Virus record (IMG/VR): IMGVR_UViG_3300044858_005176
Location: 2,131 to 66,130 of that record
Reading direction: 5' to 3' (one strand)
Source: a virus
Lineage: Duplodnaviria > Caudoviricetes
Length of the DNA: 64,000 nucleotides
A program made the position numbers and the translations under genes. Shown one piece after another: positions 27,271 to 37,300 of this stretch. The notes below the pieces were generated by a model. The model saw nothing but the letters and a program-made list of their open reading frames with translations, made no database searches and was not told the DNA's origin. The first letter of the stretch is position 1. Every line of letters begins with the position of its first letter.

Positions 27271-28059
27271 AACCACATGACCCGCCTTAAAGAACTTTCC
27301 GCTCGTTGCACAGTTAAAGAATTCAAGACTCCAGAGGAAAGCTATGGGCATGGATCTGAAGGTGATGCCGCGAGAGTCATCCTTCCGATTGCGGCTGGCG
27401 CGGTTATTGGCGGCAGGGCATCTCACCTTGTCGAGGGTGGAGTAAGACGAAAAGGGCTAACACCTTTTATCAAAAGATCGGAAGAGGTGGTCAGGAATCA
27501 TCCAGGTATGTCAGAGGCTTCTTCCAAAAGGTTTGTTAAGATTGCAGATGCAGCTTCGGCTCGGGTCCTAAAGGCAGGCCGCTACGCCGGTGCAGGAACG
27601 ATGGTTGCTGGTGTTGCTGCTGGCGTTGGCGCGGGGCTAAAATGGCAACGTGCGGCCGCTAACCGCCGCGCGCAAAACAAGAACCTCTCTGCAAAGACCC
27701 GCCTGACAGAACTTTCTCGCAAGTGTGAGTTCGGCCTCTTCACGACCAATCGCCCCAAGTATAACGAGGTGGGCCAGTTCGAGGGGATGGACAGGAGCCT
27801 CAACCCCGTAGGAATCGCCGCAGGGGCCGCTGGCCTCGGTGCCGCTGGCCTCGGTGCCGCCGCTGGCCACAAGGCCATCATGAACCGCTATGGTCAGGAT
27901 GGTGTGAAGCAAGCCTACACGGCCGCTGCCGGTGATGCTCTTTCAGCCGCCAAGGGCGGTATCTCCTCGGGGGCTTCCGCACTCGGCAAGAACATCCCAC
28001 GCGGTGGGTTCGGATCCAAGGTGCGCGGCCTGCTGGCCACCCTTGCCAAGCTCCGCTAA
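27268..28059 (+). CDS. Second glycine-zipper head-cargo protein (two modules)
   Basis: RLKELSARCTVKEF and KNLSAKTRLTELSRKCEF; GxxxG helices. Confidence 0.7.
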   Translation: MNHMTRLKELSARCTVKEFKTPEESYGHGSEGDAARVILPIAAGAVIGGRASHLVEGGVRRKGLTPFIKRSEEVVRNHPGMSEASSKRFVKIADAASARVLKAGRYAGAGTMVAGVAAGVGAGLKWQRAAANRRAQNKNLSAKTRLTELSRKCEFGLFTTNRPKYNEVGQFEGMDRSLNPVGIAAGAAGLGAAGLGAAAGHKAIMNRYGQDGVKQAYTAAAGDALSAAKGGISSGASALGKNIPRGGFGSKVRGLLATLAKLR

Positions 28060-28065
28060 TAAGCC

Positions 28066-28314
28066 ATGCCGGACAATCGCCCCAGGAATTCGATGGGTCA
28101 GTATGAGACTCCGCAAGGAGGTCCCTCCACGGGGGCCTTTCAAGCGGCCTACAACCCCGCCGTGATCGAGCAGGAGAACCGCCGCCGCGCCACCATCCTC
28201 GCGGCCGTCCGAAGGATCAAGGGGGTCGAGCAGACTGTCCCTACCGACACTCCTAGTAACTCGACGATGATGTCATTCAAGGAACGCCTCAAGGAATTGG
28301 CAATGAGGAAATAA
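28066..28314 (+). CDS. Small putative head protein
   Basis: RPRNSMGQY motif; C-terminal RLKELA. Confidence 0.6.
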   Translation: MPDNRPRNSMGQYETPQGGPSTGAFQAAYNPAVIEQENRRRATILAAVRRIKGVEQTVPTDTPSNSTMMSFKERLKELAMRK

Positions 28315-28554
28315 ATGGAGGAGTCCGTCGATCTTTCAAAGATGAGTCGGGGGACAATGAACGGCCATCACCTGAGGATCTTTGTGGATGAGGATTTCGA
28401 CTGCCTGAAGTTCTCGGCCAGCGAAGTCCGTGAGGCCATCAAGGTCTACAATAAGCGCAAGGGGATCAAGACCTACACCCACGGCGAGTGGGAGAAGCGC
28501 AAGATCCGCGCCAATGTCAGGGAAATTCAAAGCAAGAAGGCCAAGCAATTATGA
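28315..28554 (+). CDS. Hypothetical protein
   Basis: Abuts previous stop. Confidence 0.55.
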   Translation: MEESVDLSKMSRGTMNGHHLRIFVDEDFDCLKFSASEVREAIKVYNKRKGIKTYTHGEWEKRKIRANVREIQSKKAKQL

Positions 28555-28657
28555 ACACACGCTAAAGAAACGCCCGTGGAGCCGAGGACTGATTGCGCAG
28601 GGAGGAATACCGGAGGCGCATCGGATCAAGTAGGCCTCCCACGGGCCATTCTCTTCC

Positions 28658-28682
28658 GTTGACGGGGGTGCCATTGGGCATG
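28658..28682 (+). promoter_or_regulatory. GTTGAC-N16-ATG element
   Basis: Points to protease start ATG 28680. Confidence 0.65.
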
Positions 28683-29933
28683 AAGGAATTCTCCTCTCCG
28701 AATCTTGAACTCTCAGGCCGCGTCGATCCCGTCAATGGGGTCATCCACGGGGTCTCCGTCATCACCAGTGGCGTCACCGCCCGTGGCCACAACCTTGAGG
28801 TGGACATGAAGACGCTCCACCAACTCCTGGAATGCGGCCAGAAGATGGGCACGGTTCCCGTTAAGTGGAATCACCGCTCCGGTGCCGATGCAGTCGCCGG
28901 TTATATCGACAACTTCCGTATCGAAGGGGAGAAGCTCCTGGGCGACTGGCATCTCCTCAAGAGCCATTCCCAATACGAGCAGGCCATGGAAATGGCCGCT
29001 CGCATGCCCAAGAATGTGGGCCTTTCTGCGGCGTTCATGGGCGATGATGAAAAGCTCTCCGGTGGCAAGATGGCTGCCCGATGCCACGAACTCATTTCCA
29101 TCGATGTCGTGGCAACTCCAGCGGCCAATCCGACCGGTCTTTTTGAGGCCAAAGTTGACAACGCTACCATGAAGGAAACGCTTATGGACAACCAGAACAC
29201 AACCCAGCCCGAAGGTGCCGACCCGTCGCTTGCCGATGTGATGGCCGCCATCTCCACCATCAACGAGCGCCTCGACAAGCAGGATGCTCTCAACGCTCAA
29301 CTGCACCAGCAGGATAACGAGAACGATGACCTTACCATCGAGGATCTACTGACCCTGACTCCCGAACAGGTCAGCCAACTCGTCGCCGAGGGCCATCTCT
29401 CCGAGGAGGATGCCGCCGGTATCGCGGCACTCCAGGCCGAATACACCGCCGGTGACGAGGAGGGTTCTGAGGCCGAAGAGTCTTCCGAGGCCGGATCGAC
29501 CGAAGGTGCCGAGGCAGGGGTTGGAGCAGGAGCCGCCGCTGGCGAGTTCTCCGCTCTCCAAAATTCCGTCCGCGAGCTTTCCGCGCGCTTCGAGCGCGAG
29601 GATGCCACCCGCGAGAACGCCGAGATTGAGCATCATTTCTCGGTCATCGAGGGGAACCTCAAGGAACTTTCCAGCGAGAATGCTTCCCTCAAGGAACTTA
29701 ACGATCGTCTCTCCACCCAGAACGAGGCCATGCGCCACGCCCTGAAGACCGGCATCCGTCCTCTGGCATTCTCTGCCGAGGGTGAGGCCGTCACCGGCAC
29801 TCCCGGCAAGGTTCACGAGTTCACCGGTCTGGTGAAGAAGTACCGCGACCTGGGCAAGACCGATGCCGAGGCCATCCGCTTCGCTCACAAGGACAACCCT
29901 GAGGCCCACGCCGATTATCTCCGCAATCTCTAA
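28680..29933 (+). CDS. Prohead protease (HK97/clan SH-like) fused to acidic scaffold
   Basis: VKWNH (His), VGLSA (Ser), ELISIDVVATPAANPTGLF; coiled-coil acidic C-half; upstream of capsid genes. Confidence 0.8.
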   Translation: MKEFSSPNLELSGRVDPVNGVIHGVSVITSGVTARGHNLEVDMKTLHQLLECGQKMGTVPVKWNHRSGADAVAGYIDNFRIEGEKLLGDWHLLKSHSQYEQAMEMAARMPKNVGLSAAFMGDDEKLSGGKMAARCHELISIDVVATPAANPTGLFEAKVDNATMKETLMDNQNTTQPEGADPSLADVMAAISTINERLDKQDALNAQLHQQDNENDDLTIEDLLTLTPEQVSQLVAEGHLSEEDAAGIAALQAEYTAGDEEGSEAEESSEAGSTEGAEAGVGAGAAAGEFSALQNSVRELSARFEREDATRENAEIEHHFSVIEGNLKELSSENASLKELNDRLSTQNEAMRHALKTGIRPLAFSAEGEAVTGTPGKVHEFTGLVKKYRDLGKTDAEAIRFAHKDNPEAHADYLRNL

Positions 29934-29954
29934 TCCAACAACCAACCAATCATC

Positions 29955-30311
29955 ATGAACTTCAACAACGTCGTCAGCGGCAACGCTGCATCTGATCTCT
30001 CGGGCAAGGAAGACCTCGCCCTCAAACTCACCGCCAGCGGGTTCGACCTGGCTGGTGCCACCGATCGCGTCATCGGAACGCTCCTTCGCGGAGCGGTCGC
30101 CGGTAAGGCCGTCGATGTCTTCCTCAACAAGATCGGCCTCCGCTACGTGGCCGTCGGCAATGCCACCGCCATCGCCATCGGCGACGAGCTGGAGCAGGCC
30201 GCTGGAGGAACCTTCGTCAAGAAAACCACCGGCACTGCGGTCGCCCTCGCATTCGAGGCGGCTCCCGCAAGCTCCAACAACGGCGGAAAGATCCGCGCGA
30301 TCCTTCTCTAA
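29955..30311 (+). CDS. Capsid decoration/cement protein (DUF2190-like)
   Basis: 118 aa Gly/Ala beta-rich, AIAIGDEL...G.F, between scaffold and capsid. Confidence 0.7.
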   Translation: MNFNNVVSGNAASDLSGKEDLALKLTASGFDLAGATDRVIGTLLRGAVAGKAVDVFLNKIGLRYVAVGNATAIAIGDELEQAAGGTFVKKTTGTAVALAFEAAPASSNNGGKIRAILL

Positions 30312-30336
30312 CACATTCAACCGAGGATAACACATC

Positions 30337-31293
30337 ATGTACAACACAACCGATTCCGTCCCCCGTCAGGACATCTCCACCCTCCTCATGGAGGCCGTCC
30401 ACCAGGACCAGCACTTCATCGCGCAGAACGTCCTGCCCATCTACGGCAGCGAGCGCGAGGTGGGTCGCTATCCCAAGTTCCGCCTCGGTAAGGGTGAACT
30501 CCTCAAGAAGGAGAGCCAGAAGCGCAACTCCACCGGCACCTACAACGAAAGCGACGAGAGCTTCGAGTGGGACAGCTACCAGACCGAGGAATACGGTCAC
30601 GAGAAGCGTGTCGACGACAAGGTCTCCAAGCAGATGCGCGATTTCTTCGACGCTCAGATGGTGACTGCCAAGTTCTGCATGAACAAGGTCATGCTCGACT
30701 ACGAGGTTCAGGCCGCTTCCGCGCTCATGGATCCCGCCACCTTCGCCAACACCAATGGCACGGTCGCCTACACCGAGAGCAATCTCAACACCATCGATCT
30801 CCCTCAGGACATCAATGCGGCGCTTGAGAAGATGACGCTCATCGGAGAGTCCCCGAACACCATGATCCTGTCCCTGCAGGTCTTCAACCGCCTCAAGAGG
30901 AGCAAGCTCCTTCAGACCTACCTCTACGGGTTCCTCAACACCACGCAGGGCGGTGCCAACATCACCACCCAGACGATCTCGGCTGCCTTCGGCATCCCGA
31001 ATATCGTCATCGCCAAGAAGAGCATCGACACCGCCATCAAGGGCAAGACTGCCGTGGCTCCTGTCTGGGGCAACGACTACATCTGGATCGGAGATGTCCA
31101 GGGTGGCGACTTCATGGCCGGTGGCGCAGGCCGCACCATCATCTGGGACGCGGACAGCGAGGGCGGCTTGTTCACGACGGATCAGTACCGCGACGAGGCT
31201 CGTCGTGGCGACAAGATCCGCGTGCGCTCCAACCGCACCGTCAAGATCATCAACCCCAACGCTGGCTACCTCATCGGAACCCAGTGGGCCTAA
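30337..31293 (+). CDS. Major capsid protein
   Basis: 318 aa, position and strong codon bias; FIAQNVLP, PNTMIL, AGYLI C-terminus; followed by terminator. Confidence 0.85.
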   Translation: MYNTTDSVPRQDISTLLMEAVHQDQHFIAQNVLPIYGSEREVGRYPKFRLGKGELLKKESQKRNSTGTYNESDESFEWDSYQTEEYGHEKRVDDKVSKQMRDFFDAQMVTAKFCMNKVMLDYEVQAASALMDPATFANTNGTVAYTESNLNTIDLPQDINAALEKMTLIGESPNTMILSLQVFNRLKRSKLLQTYLYGFLNTTQGGANITTQTISAAFGIPNIVIAKKSIDTAIKGKTAVAPVWGNDYIWIGDVQGGDFMAGGAGRTIIWDADSEGGLFTTDQYRDEARRGDKIRVRSNRTVKIINPNAGYLIGTQWA

Positions 31294-31300
31294 TACTTGT

Positions 31301-31903
31301 GTGAGGGCACATCAAAACCCCCGATCCGGCCAGCCCGGGTCGGGGGTTTTTCGTTTGGTGGCGCTTACCGGATACGCCGGTAGTGGCAAGAGCGAGGCGG
31401 CTCGATACCTGGTCGAGCGCCATCATTTCGTGCGGCTGCGTTATGCGGCTCCCATGAAGAAAATGATCATGACCCTCCTGGTGGAAAGCGGGGTCGGTCC
31501 CATCACCGCGAGGGAGATGATCGACGGGAAGCTCAAGGAAACGCCTTCCCCCGTCCTTGCCGGTCATTCACCGCGCTTCGCCCTGCAAACATTGGGTACA
31601 GAGTGGGGTCGCAACATCCTGGCTCGCGACTTCTGGCGGCGGCTCCTCATGGGGCGCGTGGAAGCTGAGGTCGCCAAGGGGAACTCCGTAGTCATCGATG
31701 ATGTGCGTTTCTTCTGCGAGGCCCGTGAGCTTCGGGCGAGGGGATTCACCCTCTTGAGGATCCAGCGCCCCGGTGTCGAACGAGGAGAACATTCCAGCGA
31801 GGATCAGTCATTCCCCGTTGATCATGTCATCCAGAACGATGAATCCATCCCGACTCTCCATGAGCGGCTTGAGGAAAAGTTGACCTCCTCCCATGGGGTA
31901 TGA
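31301..31903 (+). CDS. Deoxynucleoside monophosphate kinase (start uncertain: 31301, 31355 or 31358)
   Basis: LTGYAGSGKS, SPRFALQTLGTEWGR, VVIDDVRF..E, HSSE. Confidence 0.85.
   Translation: MRAHQNPRSGQPGSGVFRLVALTGYAGSGKSEAARYLVERHHFVRLRYAAPMKKMIMTLLVESGVGPITAREMIDGKLKETPSPVLAGHSPRFALQTLGTEWGRNILARDFWRRLLMGRVEAEVAKGNSVVIDDVRFFCEARELRARGFTLLRIQRPGVERGEHSSEDQSFPVDHVIQNDESIPTLHERLEEKLTSSHGV
31314..31356 (+). terminator. Intrinsic terminator after major capsid gene
   Basis: AAAACCCCCGATCCGG-CCAGC-CCGGGTCGGGGGTTTTTCGTTT. Confidence 0.85.
31879..31902 (+). promoter_or_regulatory. GTTGAC-N15-ATG element
   Basis: Precedes ATG 31900. Confidence 0.6.
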
Positions 31904-32040
31904 GCGACATCGACAACTGCCTGGATAAGCTGGCCGCGGTCATCAAGGAGCGGGATGAGGCAAGAGCCGAAGTCGAAAGGCTTCGCTCCGAACTCGCCAC
32001 CGCAACCCAACATATATCGGGAGCCAATGAACTTCGATGA
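31900..32040 (+). CDS. 46-aa coiled-coil peptide (not in ORF track)
   Basis: MSDIDNCLDKLAAVIKERDEARAEVERLRSELATATQHISGANELR; ATGA overlap plus upstream element. Confidence 0.6.
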   Translation: MSDIDNCLDKLAAVIKERDEARAEVERLRSELATATQHISGANELR

Positions 32041-32380
32041 CTCTTTCTCTCAGGGGGACACTGCCGCTTTTAACGAAATGGCTTCCCCTATCCTCCTGGA
32101 AGGCCAGTCCGTCCGCGCCATCGTCTCTCCCATGAATGGATACACCACCGAGAGTGACGGCAATGGAGGCTTCTCCAGGGTCGAGGGGGCCAAGGTAGAA
32201 GTCCTCTCAAGCGACATGGCCGTTGCCCAGAACTGGTCGGGGCCGCGTGTCGGCATGCTGGTCACTATCCCGACAACACCTCCCCAGCACTACCGCGTCA
32301 CGGGGATCCGAAACAACGGATTCACCACCACTCTCACCTGTGGTTCCACCTCTGGAACCGCGCCACGCGCTCAATTCTAA
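32027..32380 (+). CDS. Head-tail joining protein (gpFII-like)
   Basis: Position and beta-rich pattern, PRVGMLVTI...YRVTGI. Confidence 0.6.
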   Translation: MNFDDSFSQGDTAAFNEMASPILLEGQSVRAIVSPMNGYTTESDGNGGFSRVEGAKVEVLSSDMAVAQNWSGPRVGMLVTIPTTPPQHYRVTGIRNNGFTTTLTCGSTSGTAPRAQF

Positions 32381-32769
32381 TGAATGTCCGATCCCTGATC
32401 GAGGTCGAGATGGCTGCCGCCCTCTCTTCAAGCAATGTCATTGACTGCCCTGCCCTTCCAGGCTCCGCAGATGGGGTCAGGCCTGACCGTTATGTCTCGG
32501 TCGTGGCCACGGAAGCCGAGCATCGAGGTTGCGCTCATCTGGTGACCTTGGAATTCCGCGTGGTGGCCCCTGCTGCTGATGCGATTGACTCCATGAGGGA
32601 TACGACCGATGCCGTCTATCTCTGGGCAACCGGCGAGGATTCTCCACTGAAGGAGTATCAGGCCAACGGGCTAGAGATTTTCGGCCATTCACCGGCCAAT
32701 CTCAAGAGCGAGGTGCGCGATTTTCAGAGGGCCGAGATCCTGGAGTTCAAGGTCGGGGCTAAAGCCTAG
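32380..32769 (+). CDS. Tail completion/terminator protein
   Basis: Size and position before tube genes. Confidence 0.5.
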   Translation: MNVRSLIEVEMAAALSSSNVIDCPALPGSADGVRPDRYVSVVATEAEHRGCAHLVTLEFRVVAPAADAIDSMRDTTDAVYLWATGEDSPLKEYQANGLEIFGHSPANLKSEVRDFQRAEILEFKVGAKA

Positions 32770-32796
32770 TTGACATCCCACATAAAGAGTATCATG
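32769..32796 (+). promoter_or_regulatory. GTTGAC-N16-ATCATG element (19-nt variant)
   Basis: GAGT-ATC sits at the usual spacing; ATG at 32794. Confidence 0.55.
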
Positions 32797-33141
32797 AGCA
32801 TCGCAAATAAACCAATCAACATGGCCGGTTTTATTTTTGGAACCGGCAACACAGACCTTCTTCAGGTTTCGGTTGAAAAATCCTACAGCACCCAGATCGA
32901 CATCGTCAGCGGCACGGGTGAGCTGGAGGATATTGTCTACGGCGGCGAGGAACATAAAATCACCGCCACCAAGGTAAGTGGGGACGGGTCCGAGGCTCCC
33001 GCAATCGGATCTGCATTCACCGCCGGTGGCGCAAATGGATTTGTCACTAAGGTTTCTACGCTCAAGAGCAATGAGGATGTGGAAAAATTCCAAGTTGAGG
33101 CAATCGGCTTCCCTAGCATTCCTAACACTGTAACCCCCTAA
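32794..33141 (+). CDS. Minimal tail tube-like protein A
   Basis: Beta-rich; paralog of next gene (APAIG / SNED). Confidence 0.55.
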   Translation: MSIANKPINMAGFIFGTGNTDLLQVSVEKSYSTQIDIVSGTGELEDIVYGGEEHKITATKVSGDGSEAPAIGSAFTAGGANGFVTKVSTLKSNEDVEKFQVEAIGFPSIPNTVTP

Positions 33142-33153
33142 TCCTGTAAAATT

Positions 33154-33477
33154 ATGGCACTCCAATCATTCAACGGTAAAAACGTAGGGGCAGATGGCGT
33201 TACAGTCTCCGGAATCACCAATGTCACCCAGATCACCGACACTGAGGAATATGGAAACATTGCTCGCGCCAAGGGATCTGATGGTGAGGTTAAGGCCATC
33301 TTCATGTCCAAAGGCACCTACACCTCTCAGGTGAGCGGCTATACCTCCACGATTGCAGCGCCTGCTCTAGGTGCGGATATTACCGGTGTGGGTGGCAACC
33401 AGCGGATCATGTCCTCGCAGCTTGAGGCCTCCAACCAAGACTTCGCCAAGGTGACGGTCACCGGCAAGGGCATCTAA
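33154..33477 (+). CDS. Minimal tail tube-like protein B
   Basis: Paralog of previous gene (APALG / SNQD). Confidence 0.55.
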   Translation: MALQSFNGKNVGADGVTVSGITNVTQITDTEEYGNIARAKGSDGEVKAIFMSKGTYTSQVSGYTSTIAAPALGADITGVGGNQRIMSSQLEASNQDFAKVTVTGKGI

Positions 33478-33480
33478 GCC

Positions 33481-34284
33481 TTGTCGGATCACCACTATAT
33501 CTTCGATCAGCGCTTTGCGGAGAGCTTCCTGCACTCCGCAAAGCCTCATCGTGTTTTCGGAATAAGCCTCAAGCCATTTTCCAACTGGCATCGACTTCAG
33601 CTTGAATGGATCGACTCCAAGGTTCTGCTCGGTGGGGCTCAGAAGTGGGATCTCTATCTGGCGGCCAGAATCTGCTCGACGGAATATCCCCGGGTCGCCC
33701 CGAATCCCCGTCGGGGAAATCTGGCCGACTTGCTGTGGCATTTCTCCCATTGGCACAGGAATTCAAGCAGGGAATTGATGGCGTTCTACGCCTACATCGA
33801 GGATTTTTCCGCTCCTCCCAAGCTCTGGGGAGGGAAGGGATCCTCCATGAAAAAGCTCTCCGAGGCTTACGAGGATCTCCATCGGCTCACCGGAAATCCC
33901 TCCCACCTTCAGAGCGCAAGGGAAGCTGCTTATCAGGCATTCCTTCAGGAGAACCAGGATACCCAGATTGATGATACCCTCTCTCAGGTGGCCTACTACT
34001 GCAAGCTGACGGGGAGGCCTCCCCATGAGGCTTGGAACATGCCGATTGGGGAATTGGCATGGATGAATATCGCCTTTGCAAAGATGGATGGTGCAAAAGT
34101 CGACATCTGGACGCCGATGGATGAGGAGCACTTCCAAAAGCATCTACTCACCCGCCAGCAGAAGATCGCCGAGATCGCCAAGGAGATCGAGCAGGATCAT
34201 CCCGAAACGTCAGCCAAGCTCTCCATGCCACTCGCCGCAGTGAAGTATTGGCAGCAGGTCGTAGATCGCACCTCGAAGGGTTGA
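33481..34284 (+). CDS. Tail assembly chaperone-like protein
   Basis: Helical, EAWNMPIGEL motif, directly before tape measure. Confidence 0.55.
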   Translation: MSDHHYIFDQRFAESFLHSAKPHRVFGISLKPFSNWHRLQLEWIDSKVLLGGAQKWDLYLAARICSTEYPRVAPNPRRGNLADLLWHFSHWHRNSSRELMAFYAYIEDFSAPPKLWGGKGSSMKKLSEAYEDLHRLTGNPSHLQSAREAAYQAFLQENQDTQIDDTLSQVAYYCKLTGRPPHEAWNMPIGELAWMNIAFAKMDGAKVDIWTPMDEEHFQKHLLTRQQKIAEIAKEIEQDHPETSAKLSMPLAAVKYWQQVVDRTSKG

Positions 34285-34303
34285 CGCTGGTGGAGGGAGT
34301 ATG
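34280..34303 (+). promoter_or_regulatory. GTTGAC-N15-ATG element
   Basis: Precedes tape measure gene. Confidence 0.65.
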
Positions 34304-37300
34304 GCCCAACAGAGAAATATCAACCCGCCTTCCGCCGCCTGGGGAACCTTTAAGGCCTTGGTTGGCGATGTGGTCGGGCCGATGGCAGTCCTGGGGATCG
34401 CCGCCCAAAAGATCACCTCTTCCATTGCCCAAAGCGCCCTCAATGCTCAAAAGCTCAAGGAGGCCATCACTGCATCGGCCGGTGCGGAGACCCTGCGCAA
34501 ACAGTTTGAAGGGTTGGGTATGTCGGCCGCTCAGGCCAGCATTAAGGTGGCCGCGCTTGCCAAGGTGGCGGCCGAGGGGCCGTTTGATCTTCCCTCACTA
34601 GGGGCTGCTGCCAAAAACCTGCAAGTCGTCGGGGGTGCCGCGCTCAATACCTCGGCCAATCTCCGCAAGGTGGCCGACATGGCCGCCGCCGCAGGAACTC
34701 CTATCGATACGATGGCGACGGCTTATGCCAAGCTCATGGCCTCACTCAAGGGGGGTGGGGGAGCAGAAGCCGCCGCGCAGATGGCAGGACTAGGCGCAAT
34801 CTCAGCGGAAACCGCCCAGAAGATCGCTGATCTGACGGCCAGTGGAGCATCCTTCTCGGAGAAGATGGCGGTCATCTCGTCCGATCTGAAGCAATCCGCA
34901 GGTGCGGCCAAGGCCCTGGATGGGACGCTTGCCGGGCTACAGGCCAAGCTGGCCGCCCTCCAATCTGCGAACGCTCTCGAGATCGGCGACATGTTCTTGG
35001 AGGGGGAGAAGGCCGCCACGCGCGCTCAGATTGCCTTTGAGAAACTCAAGGGAAGTATCGACAAGATTGCTTCCTCTCAAGTGGCGGCACTCTCTGGAGC
35101 ATTTAATTCACTCAAGGAGTCGGTCGCAGAATTCCTATCCAGTTCCTCTAGCGTCGCTGTCATAGGCACGACGCTTCAAGCGGTCTTCGCGGCCGCCGCA
35201 GGTGTTCTAGCCGCCACTATTGTGGCCTTAGGGGGGCTCGCCGCCACACTCTTGAGAATGGGGGCCAGCGCCTTCACGGCCGCCGGTGGGATGAATGCCC
35301 TCTCGGCAGCCACTCGGGCGTGGACCGGCCTTGGCATGGGTGCCTTGGGTGGAATCACAGCGATTATCACGGCATTGATCCTCTTTGGAGGCAGGGCACT
35401 CCAAACCGCCCGCGAACTCGATGTCTTAATCCAGAAGAACAAGGAGCTGGCGGATGCTGGGAATGCCACATCCTCCAAACTGGAAGCCAAGATCCCCAAG
35501 GTCAGGGGTGGGACTGTCGAGGATAAGCAGGTCGCCATGGAGGAAGCCGATGCCTCGGTGGCCGCCGCCGAGGAGCGGGTGAGCAATGCCAAGAAGGCTC
35601 GTGCGCAGGAGGACCAGAATGATACTGGCTGGAATAGGATCAAGACATTGGACTTTTTCGGAGTCATGGCCAATCAGCGTCAAATTTCTGCGGAGGGTGA
35701 AGTGGGATTGGCGCAGAACGATCTTAATAGGAAGAAGAATGCCCGTTCCGAAATCGCCTCCATCACTCGGCTCGGGATGTCCAGGGAGGATCTCCAGAAG
35801 CAATTTGCTCGCAATGACCTCACCGAGAACATCCGCAACTCGGCATTCGATCGCCTGCAAGCCTCAGCCGATCCCGAGGCCGCCGCGAGGATGGCATCCG
35901 ATGAACTGGCGCGTGCCACAAAAAAAGATGACGCCAATCAAATCGCATCCAAGGCATCCTTTGAAGAGCGCCAACGAATCAACGATTCTCGTGGCAAGGT
36001 CACGACCGCAGAGGGGGCACAGGCAAAAGATACCGCCCTAACCGAACTCGCAAGCCTCACGACCACCACGGAGAGTGGGGGTCTTCAGAAACAGATCGAT
36101 TACCGCAAGGCCCTTGTCATGGAGCAAGGGGATGTCAAAAGCGAGGGGGATGCCGCGCAAAAGGAACTTGAGGCTAGGAAAAAAGAAAAGAATGCCGTGA
36201 TCGATAAGTATTCCGGCAATGGGGTGCAGTATGGCGAAGGGAAAGAAAGGCTGGATGCGGCGAATGCCGAGATCGAGGCGGCCAGAAAGAAGGTAGCTGA
36301 GATCGATGCCAGAAAGCAGAATGTCGCGGCCCGATCCGGAGGCCTTGATCTCTCGGGCGAGGCCATTCAAAAACTGGAAATCGAGCGGGATGCCGCCCTC
36401 AAGAAGGAGGATCCTAACAAATCCACCGCCGAGAAGGAGGAGGCCCGCATCAAGAAGCAGGCCGCCGATGAAGCTGTTGCCGCCCAGCGGCGTTCCATCG
36501 CAACCCAGCGCGAGCGCGCCAACCTAGAATCCAATCTCGCGGGTCTCTCGGACACCGGTGCCAACGAGGAATTCAAGATTAAGGCGGAGAGCGACCAACA
36601 GCGCACCAACGACCAGCGCGCCCTTGTTGCCGCGCAAAACGTGGCGGCGAAAGACGCTGAATACTCTGCCGCGCGCGGAACCCCTCAGGAAGAGCAGAAG
36701 CGCCAGGAACTCGAGGCCGCGCGCACCCAAGCCGCCGAGGCGGGGGTCAATGGTCGGGGTGTGGCTGAAATCCAAGCCCAGCTCGACATCCAGAAACAGA
36801 TCGTGGCCACCAAACTCCAAGCCGCCAAGGTAGCAGAAGCCGGGGCCAAGGCCGAGTACGATGCCGCCATGAGGAGGCTCAATGTCGAGCAACAAATCTC
36901 CCAACTGAAAATCGCTCAGGCAAAAAGCAAGATGGATGGATCGGATTTCAAGGGGAAAACCGAGTCAAAAATCAAGATGGAGGCTTCGGAGAAGGAGCTT
37001 TCCACCCAAGAGAAAGCCCTCAAGGCATCCCAAGCCCGAGATGCCGCCGAGGCCGCAGTCAATGCAGATCCCAGCGAGGCAAACAAGAAGTCTCTCGATG
37101 CAGCGAATCAAGCTGCTGCCGCCGCTGGGGTGGGGAATCGTCGCACCCGTGATGTCGAGGGGGATGTGACGGCGGCAAAAAAGGATCTCGCCGATAAAAA
37201 TTCTCAAGAGGCCGCTGTGTTGTCCGATACCCGTGACTCGCTGAAGATCCAATCCCTTCGCGCTACTGAGAACTATGGGCCTGGATCTCAGAGGGAGGCG

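Noticed and set aside
29346-30347. 333-aa minus-strand ORF
   Set aside because: Shadow of the scaffold and decoration genes.
30953-31300. N-terminal extension of dNMP kinase, or capsid frameshift fusion
   Set aside because: Ser/Arg/Pro-rich off-frame translation of the capsid gene; no slippery sequence seen.
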